Of a stretch of DNA of 64,000 bases, positions 35,314 through 45,900 are shown one piece after another. Source of the DNA: a virus. The notes under the pieces are model-generated. The model saw only the letters and a program-made list of their open reading frames with translations. It ran no database searches and was not told the DNA's origin. The stretch lies in IMG/VR virus record IMGVR_UViG_3300045988_085064; one strand, written 5' to 3'. How positions within the stretch are numbered: position 1 is the stretch's first letter; every line of letters begins with the position of its first letter. The translations under genes and the position numbers were made by a program.

Positions 35314-35577
35314 TTACTCTTGTTTTAGTTGCTTGAACACCTGATTTACACCAGTAGCGGCCAAGCCAGAAACAATACCTACAGCTACAGCCGTAATCAT
35401 ATCTTGCGCAGGATAATCGGGCATGACACGCATAGCAACAGCACCTAAAATGCCACCTAGAACACCACAGATAGCTGGTAGCCACTTGTTATCCAATGCT
35501 GTTGCTTTTAAACCAAGAGCCAATAGATAACATATAACCGTAATTGCCGCGATTGAACTAATACCTAGAATTTCCAT
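35314..35577 (-). CDS. holin
   Basis: 87 aa with predicted TM helices and a charged C-terminus (KQLKQE). Lies in the lysis region. Confidence 0.75.
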   Translation of the reverse strand: MEILGISSIAAITVICYLLALGLKATALDNKWLPAICGVLGGILGAVAMRVMPDYPAQDMITAVAVGIVSGLAATGVNQVFKQLKQE

Positions 35578-35599
35578 ATTATTTTACCTCCATTATTTT

Positions 35600-36553
35600 T
35601 TAAGATGCTGTACCACGAACATAAATTTTTAATGCGCCACTGACTGCTAAGTTGGTAGGCCGAACAATGGCAATTTGTCCTGGATTTTGCATTGATGCAC
35701 CAGTCCCGGAATACGAAACCGCCCATGCTCCGGCAGTTGTATTTGTGTTACACATAAATGAATATTGTATATTCGGCCATGTTGTAAATGTAATGGGATA
35801 GTTTGGGACCGTTACTGGGAGTACATATAAATTACTCCATTGTTCAGATGGATTGCCAGAGACAGATAGACTACCCCAACATTCCGCAATCCCATCTCTA
35901 TATTTCTTATAAGACCAAATGCCAGAAGACCCTTCTTCTATTAGGGATTCTACTTTTCTCCATCCTGGCTCAGCAAATGTGGAAGAACTTCTTCCATAGA
36001 ACATTCGATTATATTCATCAATATAAATATGTAAGGCATACTCAGCCTTAAAAATTACAAGAACGCCGTAGTTCCCGTGGGTGAACGAAAGGTTCTTGAA
36101 AATATCCGTCCCGACGGTCCGATAAATACCTGGAGATGTTGGATATGTCGTAACAGATTGCCAGCTTCCATATCGCTCACCAAATACCGTATGGATAAGG
36201 CCCTCTAGTGTTTGCGTTCCAGTACCACCACTTTCAAGGGGTACTGGATTAGTAAATGATGGTAAACAATCAAACAGAAGTTGTCCTGCTTGTTGCTCAA
36301 TAATACGCGATGTGAAATTACTTGTATTACCAGCATAGTGAAAATCAACATAGCCACCATTAGTAGTCTCATCCATGCCAAGTTCAATACCTGAATCAAA
36401 TGAATTAACCTTAACCTCGCCACTATTGTTAGGCATTGCCCCGTTTACAGAGGTAACCCCGCCTTCAACTTGAGAAACTTTCGTTTTTGGATATAATGTA
36501 TCATAATCCGACCCATTATATTGTTTCATTGTAATATTTTTATTTTCAGCCAT
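35600..36553 (-). CDS. tail fibre / receptor-binding protein
   Basis: N-terminus MKQYNGSDYDTLYPKT...ESGGTGTQT is typical of Firmicute phage fibres. Confidence 0.55.
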   Translation of the reverse strand: MAENKNITMKQYNGSDYDTLYPKTKVSQVEGGVTSVNGAMPNNSGEVKVNSFDSGIELGMDETTNGGYVDFHYAGNTSNFTSRIIEQQAGQLLFDCLPSFTNPVPLESGGTGTQTLEGLIHTVFGERYGSWQSVTTYPTSPGIYRTVGTDIFKNLSFTHGNYGVLVIFKAEYALHIYIDEYNRMFYGRSSSTFAEPGWRKVESLIEEGSSGIWSYKKYRDGIAECWGSLSVSGNPSEQWSNLYVLPVTVPNYPITFTTWPNIQYSFMCNTNTTAGAWAVSYSGTGASMQNPGQIAIVRPTNLAVSGALKIYVRGTAS

Positions 36554-36565
36554 TTCTTACCTCTA

Positions 36566-36844
36566 TCATCCTGTTAATTCAAAATAAACTTGACCAGATT
36601 GCAAAGTTGGAGCCGTAGTCGCCACTTGAATTCTATCAGCCTTAAATGTTGCGTCGTTTAGATTTTCGGTCGCTTCGATCTCAGATGCAACATGATTAAT
36701 GTTGACCGCAATCAATGCCTTTGGAGACATTGCGTCAGCCGTTACAATAGCATGAGCTGTAGTATAATTTCCAGCTTCAACATCTGCAATAAACTCATCT
36801 CGCTTATTTACATCAGAAATTCTAATATCCTGATATTTCAACAT
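36566..36844 (-). CDS. hypothetical tail-module protein
   Basis: 92-aa coupled ORF. Confidence 0.45.
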   Translation of the reverse strand: MLKYQDIRISDVNKRDEFIADVEAGNYTTAHAIVTADAMSPKALIAVNINHVASEIEATENLNDATFKADRIQVATTAPTLQSGQVYFELTG

Positions 36845-37158
36845 TATGCTGTCACCTCAAACCAAAAATCACCATTTTCTTGAGATACTGGTTTAGTTGA
36901 TGACACCACATATGCTGGGCTATATCTTGCTGCAAAATAATCCTGTACGGCCTCAATCGTATCATTCATATCGTTGAGGTAGTTTGCTTGAATAATCTTT
37001 CTCGCATAGTTTGGAATTTGAACAAGAATTTGTCTCGCCAACGCATAATCTTTATTTTTCATTGCTGTCTGGTATTGATTAACAAGCTGCAAATCAGATT
37101 GCTCAATATCCATCATCCTAGGAAATGTCTGCGTTGACTCTGGGAATGTAGTTGCCAT
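36844..37158 (-). CDS. hypothetical tail-module protein
   Basis: 104-aa coupled ORF. Confidence 0.45.
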   Translation of the reverse strand: MATTFPESTQTFPRMMDIEQSDLQLVNQYQTAMKNKDYALARQILVQIPNYARKIIQANYLNDMNDTIEAVQDYFAARYSPAYVVSSTKPVSQENGDFWFEVTA

Positions 37159-37161
37159 TTA

Positions 37162-38595
37162 TCATCCCTCCTTATAGTAAGGGTAGTATTTACTTGTTGT
37201 TATAGTCATTGAATTTGATTCTCCATAATCTGCCTTGATACTCTGTATCATATATTTATCGGATGCTGATTGATTTGACAGTGTGTATGATATAATATAG
37301 TTTACATCGAGCCATGGAATAGGAATACACCCAAGCGACATAGCATCATTTAGGCGGCATCTCCAGTATAATTCAATGTCGGCCCGTTGTTTTGCCAGAT
37401 TATCTGACATGATGTTATCATATTCACCACCGTATAGAGCAATCCGAATAATGCCAATATCGCCGTTAATATAAAATGGGCTATCAGGGTTTGTATCAGA
37501 AGCAATGGCCTGAGCCTGATTATGTCCAAGAAACAGCCATGTGTTATTGCTTTGATATACTGCAACATAATATTCATTGGCTTTGAGCATTTTGATTTGT
37601 ACTCCACTTTCATCTACAAGTTTATGAAAACCAGATATGTTGTTGATTCCAATAGCTACAGGGGAATTGATATCTGTTGTAAGCGTGAATCCTATCATCG
37701 TATTTGCTTTAATGGTTGTCTCTGTAATAGAGCCATATGCCAATCTAATATTGCCGCCGCTGACTGTTGCCGTAGATGAATAATGTTGAACATCATGACT
37801 ACGCCCATATACCTCTATATAGTTCTTGACGCTCTCAAAATCTGTGTCTACGCTCTCCGATGTAGTAATGCGGCTCAAAATATCATCATCTAATATAACA
37901 GGCGCATCATATCCAAACGGAATTTGCTCATAATGGAATACACCATCCACATCGAAATACATTTGATATTGAGGCAAGATATCTCGCAACTCAGATAGAA
38001 TATTGTATATAGTTCCGCCTTGATTTATAGTAATATCATATGGAACGTTTTGAATAGCTCCATCAGTATTGACACACTCAGATACAATATACTTGTTCAT
38101 ATTAGCCAGCTTTAACGTGGCAATAATAGCTTGGCGAACATTTGACCCAGTTGTAATCACCGTAGGAATACTAGGAAGATTACCGTTGCGTAAACCAGTC
38201 AATTTGGACATCATATCCAACCCTTGTAATTGCAATGTTCGACTTGCCCCATCATATGAAAACGACGGAGCATTGATTAAATACGTGCCCTGATTATACC
38301 ATTGAATTTCTTTAGTATGAATATTTTCATAGCCGATATATGGTTGAATATACTTATCTAGCCAAATTTTACCGCCAGGCTGAATATCAAATGAGCTGTT
38401 CTGAACGACTAAGTTTACAGTACATGAACGTCGCAAGTCGCTATTGGCATCTATGGACACCTCAAGTCCAATTAAATCTCCACTAATCTCATCGACGATA
38501 TTTAACTGAAAATTTAACAAATATAGCTTGATATATTTTTTGATATATGATTGCTTCAGGATAGAATAATCATTTGCCCCAATATTAAAGCCCAT
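37162..38595 (-). CDS. baseplate / tail-tip protein
   Basis: 477 aa. Call rests on position in the tail module. Confidence 0.5.
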   Translation of the reverse strand: MGFNIGANDYSILKQSYIKKYIKLYLLNFQLNIVDEISGDLIGLEVSIDANSDLRRSCTVNLVVQNSSFDIQPGGKIWLDKYIQPYIGYENIHTKEIQWYNQGTYLINAPSFSYDGASRTLQLQGLDMMSKLTGLRNGNLPSIPTVITTGSNVRQAIIATLKLANMNKYIVSECVNTDGAIQNVPYDITINQGGTIYNILSELRDILPQYQMYFDVDGVFHYEQIPFGYDAPVILDDDILSRITTSESVDTDFESVKNYIEVYGRSHDVQHYSSTATVSGGNIRLAYGSITETTIKANTMIGFTLTTDINSPVAIGINNISGFHKLVDESGVQIKMLKANEYYVAVYQSNNTWLFLGHNQAQAIASDTNPDSPFYINGDIGIIRIALYGGEYDNIMSDNLAKQRADIELYWRCRLNDAMSLGCIPIPWLDVNYIISYTLSNQSASDKYMIQSIKADYGESNSMTITTSKYYPYYKEG

Positions 38596-38597
38596 GT

Positions 38598-39506
38598 TTA
38601 ATCCTCCGTTGGAATCATATTTGTATCATATAAGTCGGACTTAGAATCCATAGAACCAATCTCTGTCCAATCAGCAGACACATCCATAATACCCATTCCA
38701 TATTCATTACTATACGTCACAGATGGGTTACCCGTAATATATACGAGCCAAGCATTACCATTCCAGTCCTTGATGATTTTCGGCTCTTTATTTGTCAAAT
38801 AATCAAGTAATGCCGTCTTTTCTTGCTGAATGGCATTTCTATCGATTTTACCTGTTTTCTCAAATGATTTGTTTATAATCTTACCACTAATATTCCCCGT
38901 CTCGTAATTCAACAGCCCATTGCTAACCACAACTGGCATACGCCGCCCAAATGGGGTAAATACACCGACCTGTTGGACGCGGTCATTTGAATTGTAGGCT
39001 ACACCATACTTGAATTTATAGATTGTATTAGCATCACAAATATATATACCCTTAAAATTTGATACTACATCATCCGTAATATAATTTCCTTCCACGCCTT
39101 CCATTACTGGAACAAACGCATACTCATATTCTTTAAAGTTGACGTTTAGCCTATCAATATAAGAAAATGATAAATCGTCCAGACTATTGACAGTAGTCTC
39201 ATATAGCGTAACCCATTCAAAAGCGCCCTTCTCCCGACGCTTGACTCGAACAGATGTAATCTGCGAACCAATCTCAGCCAAAGAGCCGCCATTCAGATTC
39301 CCATTAAATCCAGCGTTGATAATTGTAGAGAAATCCCAAGATGCTGGGATTGTATCGTCAAAATCCATGGAACCGTTAGAACTTAAATTGAAATGATTAA
39401 CTACACCACTTGAAATCTTAGTTCGTTGAATATTCGTAATTCCAGTCGGAGATGGGTCTAAAGCGTTGACATCTCCGCAAAAATTATATCCAATCAATCC
39501 AATCAT
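38598..39506 (-). CDS. tail protein (distal-tail-like)
   Basis: ATG 39506 follows AAGGAGGTGG. Sequence KDWNGNAWLVYITGNPSV. Confidence 0.5.
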   Translation of the reverse strand: MIGLIGYNFCGDVNALDPSPTGITNIQRTKISSGVVNHFNLSSNGSMDFDDTIPASWDFSTIINAGFNGNLNGGSLAEIGSQITSVRVKRREKGAFEWVTLYETTVNSLDDLSFSYIDRLNVNFKEYEYAFVPVMEGVEGNYITDDVVSNFKGIYICDANTIYKFKYGVAYNSNDRVQQVGVFTPFGRRMPVVVSNGLLNYETGNISGKIINKSFEKTGKIDRNAIQQEKTALLDYLTNKEPKIIKDWNGNAWLVYITGNPSVTYSNEYGMGIMDVSADWTEIGSMDSKSDLYDTNMIPTED

Positions 39507-39522
39507 ATTAGACCACCTCCTT

Positions 39523-40593
39523 TTAGGTTGTCTTACCGATGGTAACATCATATATATTATTTCGTTTCTGTATAAAAATACACAGATTAGTTGTGCTCGT
39601 TACGTTTGACACCTCGTCACCTTTTATAGCGTAATAATATGCAACCCCAGCATTCCTTGCCGTTAGCTCAGGCCATATCGTATTGCCAGTATGCCGTAAC
39701 GCTACAGTCACAATATCCCCTGATACTGTTGAAAATGTTATTAAGTCGCCATTTGTATCAAAGTCATAACCCCAAATTCTTGCCGTAAAATCATCAGTAA
39801 CCGTATATCCTTCATTGAATGCTACGTAGTCGCCATCACCACGTAGGTCAATGGCCGTATTATCAATATAAATAGGGTCTTTTGGAGTCTCACCATCAAT
39901 GACTGTTACATTTGATTGGAACACAATATATCCATTTTCACAATCATTGACCAACACAATGTTTGAAAATACTTCTGGAATATCAAATGCTGTCAAAAAA
40001 TGAACTTTGCCAGTATCAACTTGAACGCCAGCATCAGATACCCCAATACATTCAATATAATATTTGGTATTATTTCTAAACCCAGCGAATGTATAGCTCA
40101 TCGTATATGGCAATGTCTTATCTTGAATATATATTTCATTACTGGTTGATAACAAAATTTGAGCATCGCTATATAAATTAAATATGCAACTATTCAATGC
40201 GTCCTTCTCTTCTTGATTATACATCACAGAGAATGAATATGATGCATTATTTACTTTTGCTCCACTTGAGATATTGTTAAACCCGAATGTCGCCGCAGTC
40301 AAACATTGAAAAGATATCGTATTTGAAGCAATAGATATGTCGCCAGTTGCGTTGATAGTTTGAATATAAGCTAGATATTGCGTTCCATTAGTCAACGTTC
40401 CAGATGGTAACATATGCTCATACCTAAACGTGGTGGTTTCTACACTATATACAATAGCCAACGTATCAGCATTTTGTATTGTCAATTTGTTTTTTACGAC
40501 TTGGTCCCCACCAATAACCGTAAATACAAACGTGTGTGATGTGGATGCGTCAAATGGCATTGTTGAATATAAAATTGGTTGAGTTAAAGCCAT
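39523..40593 (-). CDS. tail protein with repeated beta-sandwich (FN3-like) modules
   Basis: 356 aa. Call rests on position and composition. Confidence 0.45.
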   Translation of the reverse strand: MALTQPILYSTMPFDASTSHTFVFTVIGGDQVVKNKLTIQNADTLAIVYSVETTTFRYEHMLPSGTLTNGTQYLAYIQTINATGDISIASNTISFQCLTAATFGFNNISSGAKVNNASYSFSVMYNQEEKDALNSCIFNLYSDAQILLSTSNEIYIQDKTLPYTMSYTFAGFRNNTKYYIECIGVSDAGVQVDTGKVHFLTAFDIPEVFSNIVLVNDCENGYIVFQSNVTVIDGETPKDPIYIDNTAIDLRGDGDYVAFNEGYTVTDDFTARIWGYDFDTNGDLITFSTVSGDIVTVALRHTGNTIWPELTARNAGVAYYYAIKGDEVSNVTSTTNLCIFIQKRNNIYDVTIGKTT

Positions 40594-40636
40594 TTCTTCA
40601 CCTCCAGTATAATTAACTAAAACAAATATTTTTTAA

Positions 40637-40735
40637 TTACTTTAGATTTTCCCTTACGGCCTCCCGGTATTTTGCGGGTACCTGGGCCAGGGTGATGCGC
40701 CCCAGCCGCACCTGCAAGGTCAAAAACTGCACCAT
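40637..40735 (-). CDS. small protein (32 aa) in high-GC cassette
   Basis: MVQFLTLQVRLGRITLAQVPAKYREAVRENLK. TAAATG coupling to the upstream small ORF. Below the track cutoff. Confidence 0.45.
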   Translation of the reverse strand: MVQFLTLQVRLGRITLAQVPAKYREAVRENLK

Positions 40736-40909
40736 TTACTCCGTGCCTCCCATCACAAGCTCCAGCATCGCCGCCTCCAGCGCCTCCAGTCGCTCCTCCG
40801 CCGTCGGCCCCGGCTCCGGCTGCGCGGCCAGCATGGCGTTGTATTCCGCCTCTTCTTCCGGCGTCATGTTCCGGATGACCCCGTTGTCGCTGATCCTCAA
40901 TTTGCTCAC
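40736..40909 (-). CDS. small protein (57 aa) in high-GC cassette
   Basis: A GTG overlaps the fibre stop. ...MTPEEEAEYNAMLAAQPEPGPTAEERLEALEAAMLELVMGGTE. The inner ATG is also possible. Confidence 0.45.
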   Translation of the reverse strand: MSKLRISDNGVIRNMTPEEEAEYNAMLAAQPEPGPTAEERLEALEAAMLELVMGGTE

Positions 40910-42147
40910 CCCATTTTGTAAATGTTGACGGTCGTCCCGCTGATGATTTTGACGCCGGATGTTTGGGAGTAGATGTATATTTTGTTTGCTTTATATTCTG
41001 CATTTTGTGGGACGTTTTGGGAGTTTTGTGTCCTGTCCGACACCGAGTGGATCGTCCCTCCCAACACAAAAAAGGTCCACCTGGATTGTATGACCGAGTA
41101 TTTGTATTGTCCGGTGACCGTCCCCACCATCATACCGGTGTATGTGTTTCCTTCCGACCCGATCCTGACGTTTACAACAGGTGTTGTAACGTTGGCGGTC
41201 AAATCTCCGTTGTTCGGTACAATCGTCTCACAAAAATACAGCTTGCCCGGCTCAATCGTCAGATCGTTTATTGCCGACATGGTCGTCCCGTCTGCGGTCC
41301 AGGTATACACCAGCTCGATGCCGCTTGAGCTTCCACCGCCCCCCGGCGCGGTCCACAGCTTGCCGTCTGTGTCCATGCCCACGGTCTTGGTCATGTCATC
41401 TGTTTTACTATCAGGTCCAGGAATTTTTTGTAACACACGCGAAACATTGCCGTTAGACATAACGGTGAACTGGGATATGCTATTATTAAAAGTTAGTCCA
41501 GAGAAGAATGCAACCTGCGGTCCTTGTGCCCCAGCAAGATTGTGCATGATAGTAACGTACTGCGCAACCACCCGTTTCCCGGCCTGTATCGCAGCCCAGA
41601 TTTCTGTCGTAGTTTTGTTGCAAACATACGGAGATGCCGTTGTGCCGATCCCGGTAATCATGCAAACGAGAACCCCTGGACTATGGTTTGCCACATAATC
41701 TGCAATACCACCCGAATTGGCAACATTATTATCTGGATCATATACAGATTTAAGCATATCACCAGCTCCAGCTGCCGATAATGCGTCAGAAACAGCCTTT
41801 TCAGATGGAACTTTTGTTGTAGATACACCTAGTGTCTGAGACATATCACTTGTACTAATAGCCCCAATATCAGATGCATTCAGCACCACAGCACCAGTTT
41901 TTGAATTGACGCTAGTAACTGGGGCGGATGTTAATGGCGTAATCGTCTTATCACCAAGCGTAATCACGCCATTATCAATCTTAGCATCAGTAATACCATA
42001 ACCAACTATTGTGGTAGGTTTATTTTTTACATTATCCCATTCAACATCACTAGCTGTGCCGCCTCCTGATTTTACGGCGGCAATTAATTCATCCATTTTC
42101 CCTACATAGGATGAATTTTTTAGTAAGTCGATAGTAGTATCTGCCAT
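40906..42147 (-). CDS. mosaic tail fibre (low-GC N-terminal anchor, high-GC C-terminal domain)
   Basis: ATG 42147 follows GGAGGG. Contains an SVNSKTGAVVL repeat. Composition switches near 41700. Confidence 0.65.
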   Translation of the reverse strand: MADTTIDLLKNSSYVGKMDELIAAVKSGGGTASDVEWDNVKNKPTTIVGYGITDAKIDNGVITLGDKTITPLTSAPVTSVNSKTGAVVLNASDIGAISTSDMSQTLGVSTTKVPSEKAVSDALSAAGAGDMLKSVYDPDNNVANSGGIADYVANHSPGVLVCMITGIGTTASPYVCNKTTTEIWAAIQAGKRVVAQYVTIMHNLAGAQGPQVAFFSGLTFNNSISQFTVMSNGNVSRVLQKIPGPDSKTDDMTKTVGMDTDGKLWTAPGGGGSSSGIELVYTWTADGTTMSAINDLTIEPGKLYFCETIVPNNGDLTANVTTPVVNVRIGSEGNTYTGMMVGTVTGQYKYSVIQSRWTFFVLGGTIHSVSDRTQNSQNVPQNAEYKANKIYIYSQTSGVKIISGTTVNIYKMG

Positions 42148-42165
42148 ATATCCCTCCAAGTAATT

Positions 42166-42993
42166 TTACTCACTCCATACTAAGTTTAGACTATTATCTT
42201 CATTTTTTGTCAGTTTATAATTTATCCCTATATCATTTGGGGTTAATACAACTACGCCTGTTTTACCATTAACTGAATCAACATTGCCGCCAGTAGATAT
42301 TGTCACATCACCAGTCTGCCCGTTTACAGATGTTACAGGATATGGAGGTGGATTACTTATACTATATTGTTTAACATTATCAACATTCCCAAGCCCAACA
42401 TCAGTTTTCCCAATCACCACCGTGCCAGTCTTGCTATTAACGCTCTGAACCGGAGCGGCATTCTTAGCAGCTGTAATATCTACATATTCACTATCGTTCT
42501 CAAGTTGACTCGTTTTAGTCGGAACAGCGGATTCCGTGATATAGCCACTATCATTGGTAAGGTCTGACGTTTTATTAGGAATTTTTGTCCCAGACGGCAA
42601 CGCTCCAACATCTGCCGCTGTCAAAACCACATCTCCTGTTTTGCCATTAACCGACTGCACCCCAGATTCACCAGTGCTTGTATCTGCAAATATGAGCGTA
42701 AACGCTTGAGACATATTACCAAATGGAACAAATACTCTATAGGCATTGCCAACAATAGGCGTACCACCATAATAAGCAATATTGCTATATGTGTTGCCAT
42801 TTATTTTCATCGTACAGACGCTAGTTGATATCTCTGTAACTATGCCACTATATATCACGGCATTATTCTTTGCCGATTTCTCTGCTAAAATTTCAATAGC
42901 ATCTAGTAGTTCATTTGCTTCGTTAATGTTGTACACCTCTATTCTTATAAAAATCCGGGTCAACACCGTGGTATCAACCCGGATATATATCAA
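42166..42993 (-). CDS. tail fibre protein with SVNGKTG repeats
   Basis: VQSVNGKTGDVVL, VQSVNSKTGTVVI, VTSVNGQTGDVTI and VDSVNGKTGVVVL. TTG start overlaps the TMP stop. Confidence 0.55.
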   Translation of the reverse strand: MIYIRVDTTVLTRIFIRIEVYNINEANELLDAIEILAEKSAKNNAVIYSGIVTEISTSVCTMKINGNTYSNIAYYGGTPIVGNAYRVFVPFGNMSQAFTLIFADTSTGESGVQSVNGKTGDVVLTAADVGALPSGTKIPNKTSDLTNDSGYITESAVPTKTSQLENDSEYVDITAAKNAAPVQSVNSKTGTVVIGKTDVGLGNVDNVKQYSISNPPPYPVTSVNGQTGDVTISTGGNVDSVNGKTGVVVLTPNDIGINYKLTKNEDNSLNLVWSE

Positions 42994-45900
42994 CGTCTGC
43001 TAAAAGCTCTCTGGTATGCTAATGCTTTTACATTTTCTACAAATTTCCTTGCATCTGCCGCAGTCTGAATATTCGGGAATGACATAGTAGTATTATTAAA
43101 TTCCATACTCATACCCGCTGGATTTCTATTTGATATAGCAATACCTTTATTATCTATAACAGACCTACCCAGATTCCAAAGATTCTTTGTGATATTGCTT
43201 GGAATAATTCCATCACCAGAGTTAAGTACCCTAAGTTCTGGGCCATTTTCACCAACCATATGAAGCCCACTTGTGCTAGATAATGTTCCATTTGCATATC
43301 CAGTAATAGAACTTAGTTTCTTATTGATTTCGTCCTGTTGCTTGATTACCTTGGCAAGTTCAGCGTCGCGTTTTGCCTCAATCACAGATTTCTTTGCTTC
43401 AAGGCTCTTGCTACGATTGTATTCATTTAGAGCTTCTTGCGCCGTGGCAATTGCATCATAATCTTGAGCGTATTGATATCGTCCATCCTTAAAAGTATAC
43501 ACCCGCTTAGAACGAGCCTCTGCTAGGTTCTTTAGCAACCCCTCATATTTAATTTGGTCTTCTAACTTATTGTTTGTATCTTCAAGCGCCTTAATCTCTG
43601 CATTATACTTATCATTGATTGCGCTCTGAGTCTCTTTGAGGGCTTTAAGCTGCGCATTCAAATTATCCTTTATCTGGGATTTTTCCCATTTGTATATCTC
43701 CTCTTGATATTTCCAATATTCCTTTTGATACTCTTGCCGCCCTTGGAAATATTTTTTATTCATCTCTTCAAGCTCTTTATAATATTGAGCTTCAGAAATT
43801 TCATCCATTGCCAAAGCGTGTTTCTTGGCGTCTAACCAAGCATCAAATTCATCTTTCCAAATATCTTTAGAACTCTTACTAGAACCTGAAGATGAAGATG
43901 AACTTGAACCAGATGAGCCAGAACTACTAGCAGAAGAATAAGACGAAGTAGGATATGAGCCACTTGTTTCCCTGCTTTTAGACGTTTTAGGGATTTTGCC
44001 CTTAGCCGTAATAGGCGTTAGTCTCGAAACAAGGTCGAACGAAACTCTTGGGATGTATCCAAGTCTATGTGCTTGAATCGCGCCATGTAATTTTTTCCCA
44101 TTTAGAATAGCTCTAGTCTCTTCTGCCGTATACACATAATCTCCATCGTGCATCTGAGTAATTGTCGGCATACCATTACCAGCGATATATGCCTCATTAC
44201 CACTTTGGATAAGCTCAGGGCCTTCCTCATTTACAAGAGATGGCCCTTCTTTTGTTCTACCGCCATCTGCATTGACTTGGTATCTTGTGTCGCCAAGATT
44301 CTGAATGTTATTCTTTGCGTTTTGCGCTTGATTGGACACTCTAAGTAGTTGATCGCCAAGAGACCTAACCTGACTCGTAATACCCGACAGAGACGTACTA
44401 TTCAAATCTTCCAACTCAGATGTCATCTCTGCCGTTGCAGATTCCGTCTCACCAGCTTTTTTGATAATATCGTCTATGCTCTCAGGTACATTTGTCAATC
44501 TTACATTATCCGCATCTTCCAAAGAACGCTTCATGTCTAAGATGGCATCCTTAGAATAACCAACCTCAGATAACCCCTCTACAACCTTAGTAAAATCGAT
44601 TTCATTAACGCCATTTTTGACTGTAACAATAGAACTATCAAGATTGCTAAATGCAGATATGAGCGCATCAATGTTCCAATCAACATCCGCTCCATATACC
44701 TTGCCAGCCTCAATAAGTGCCCAAAGCTGAGATGTTGTCAGCCCCATAGAATTGGCAAGTTGGTCAAAATCAGTAATATTATAGGATATAGAGTCTCCCG
44801 TTGTATCTAATGTCGCGCCAACAAGCTCTCCAGCATCTGCCAATTCTTGCATAACTGTAACAAATCCAAGCCCGCCCGATTCAGCGTCAGAATACAAGGT
44901 TGACAATCTATCCATAATACCGGCCATATACTCAGCCTTATCAGAAGCGTTGTCAAATCTAGTTAAAATGTCATCCCCGACAAGTTGAGATAAGGCATTT
45001 CTGAATGTTAGAGAGCCAATTTGCCCAGCTTCAAATTCGTCATTAAGAGTTGAGAACACAGATGCAAGCCCCTTAAAAGCATCATCATAGTCGCCCGTTT
45101 GGGACATGGCATTGTCAAAATTCGTTTTAGCATCTGTCGCGCCTTGAATCATGTCGGCCCATCTTAGAACCGTTTCAGCAGACGATTTGAATTTAGAATC
45201 CATATCGCTGGTCGCATCGCCTATACTACCAGCTAGATCGCTAAACCTCTTATATAGCTCATAGACTTCATCCTTGGTAATAGATAATCTTTGAGCAATA
45301 GTATCAGCAACATCAGAAAACGACCGCCCCTCAGAATTAGCAACCGTTTGTACCACTACCAATTGCTGATAACTATTATATTCATCCATCAAAGCATCAG
45401 ATACTTGATTCCCAGCATCTATCTGTTGCTTGATGATTTCATAATATTGTTTGCCGCTTTGAATCGCATTGTCAACATCTTCGGCCCAGCGCTTAGTTTG
45501 TGCTCTGGGACTATCAAATATATTCTTAGACATCCCAGAATAGGTATATAAAGATTTGTAATATTCAGCATTGGACTTTGCGGCCTCGTTCTGAGATACA
45601 GTATTTTCCTTAATGGCAATTCCATATTTCTTAGCGGCTTTGGCAAGAGCCTCGGTATCTGCCTCATAATCGCCTGTTACCTCAATAAGGTCAATCAATT
45701 TGGCCTTTTGAGCAATTATAGTTTGGCTATTTGTAGCGGACGCTATCGTAACAGTGATCTCGGCATCAGCAATATCCCATAGAGCATCAGACATATCTTT
45801 GTATACCTTAGTATTATCAATACCAGATATATTAATATTTGAATTCTTGGTGCCAACAGATACACCTTCAACCCTATCCTTGCTAAGGATTGACGCGCCT

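Noticed and set aside
40617-41069. A 150-aa minus-strand ORF rich in Gly/Ala/Arg, and several plus-strand ORFs (40692-41781), in the high-GC island.
   Set aside because: These are alternative-frame or antisense artefacts of GC-rich sequence. They overlap the tail-fibre C-terminal domain and the two small coupled ORFs. They have low-complexity composition and no SD.
32789-42993. A diversity-generating retroelement acting on the tail-fibre genes.
   Set aside because: No reverse transcriptase ORF is present anywhere in the window. No template/variable repeat pair was detectable by eye.
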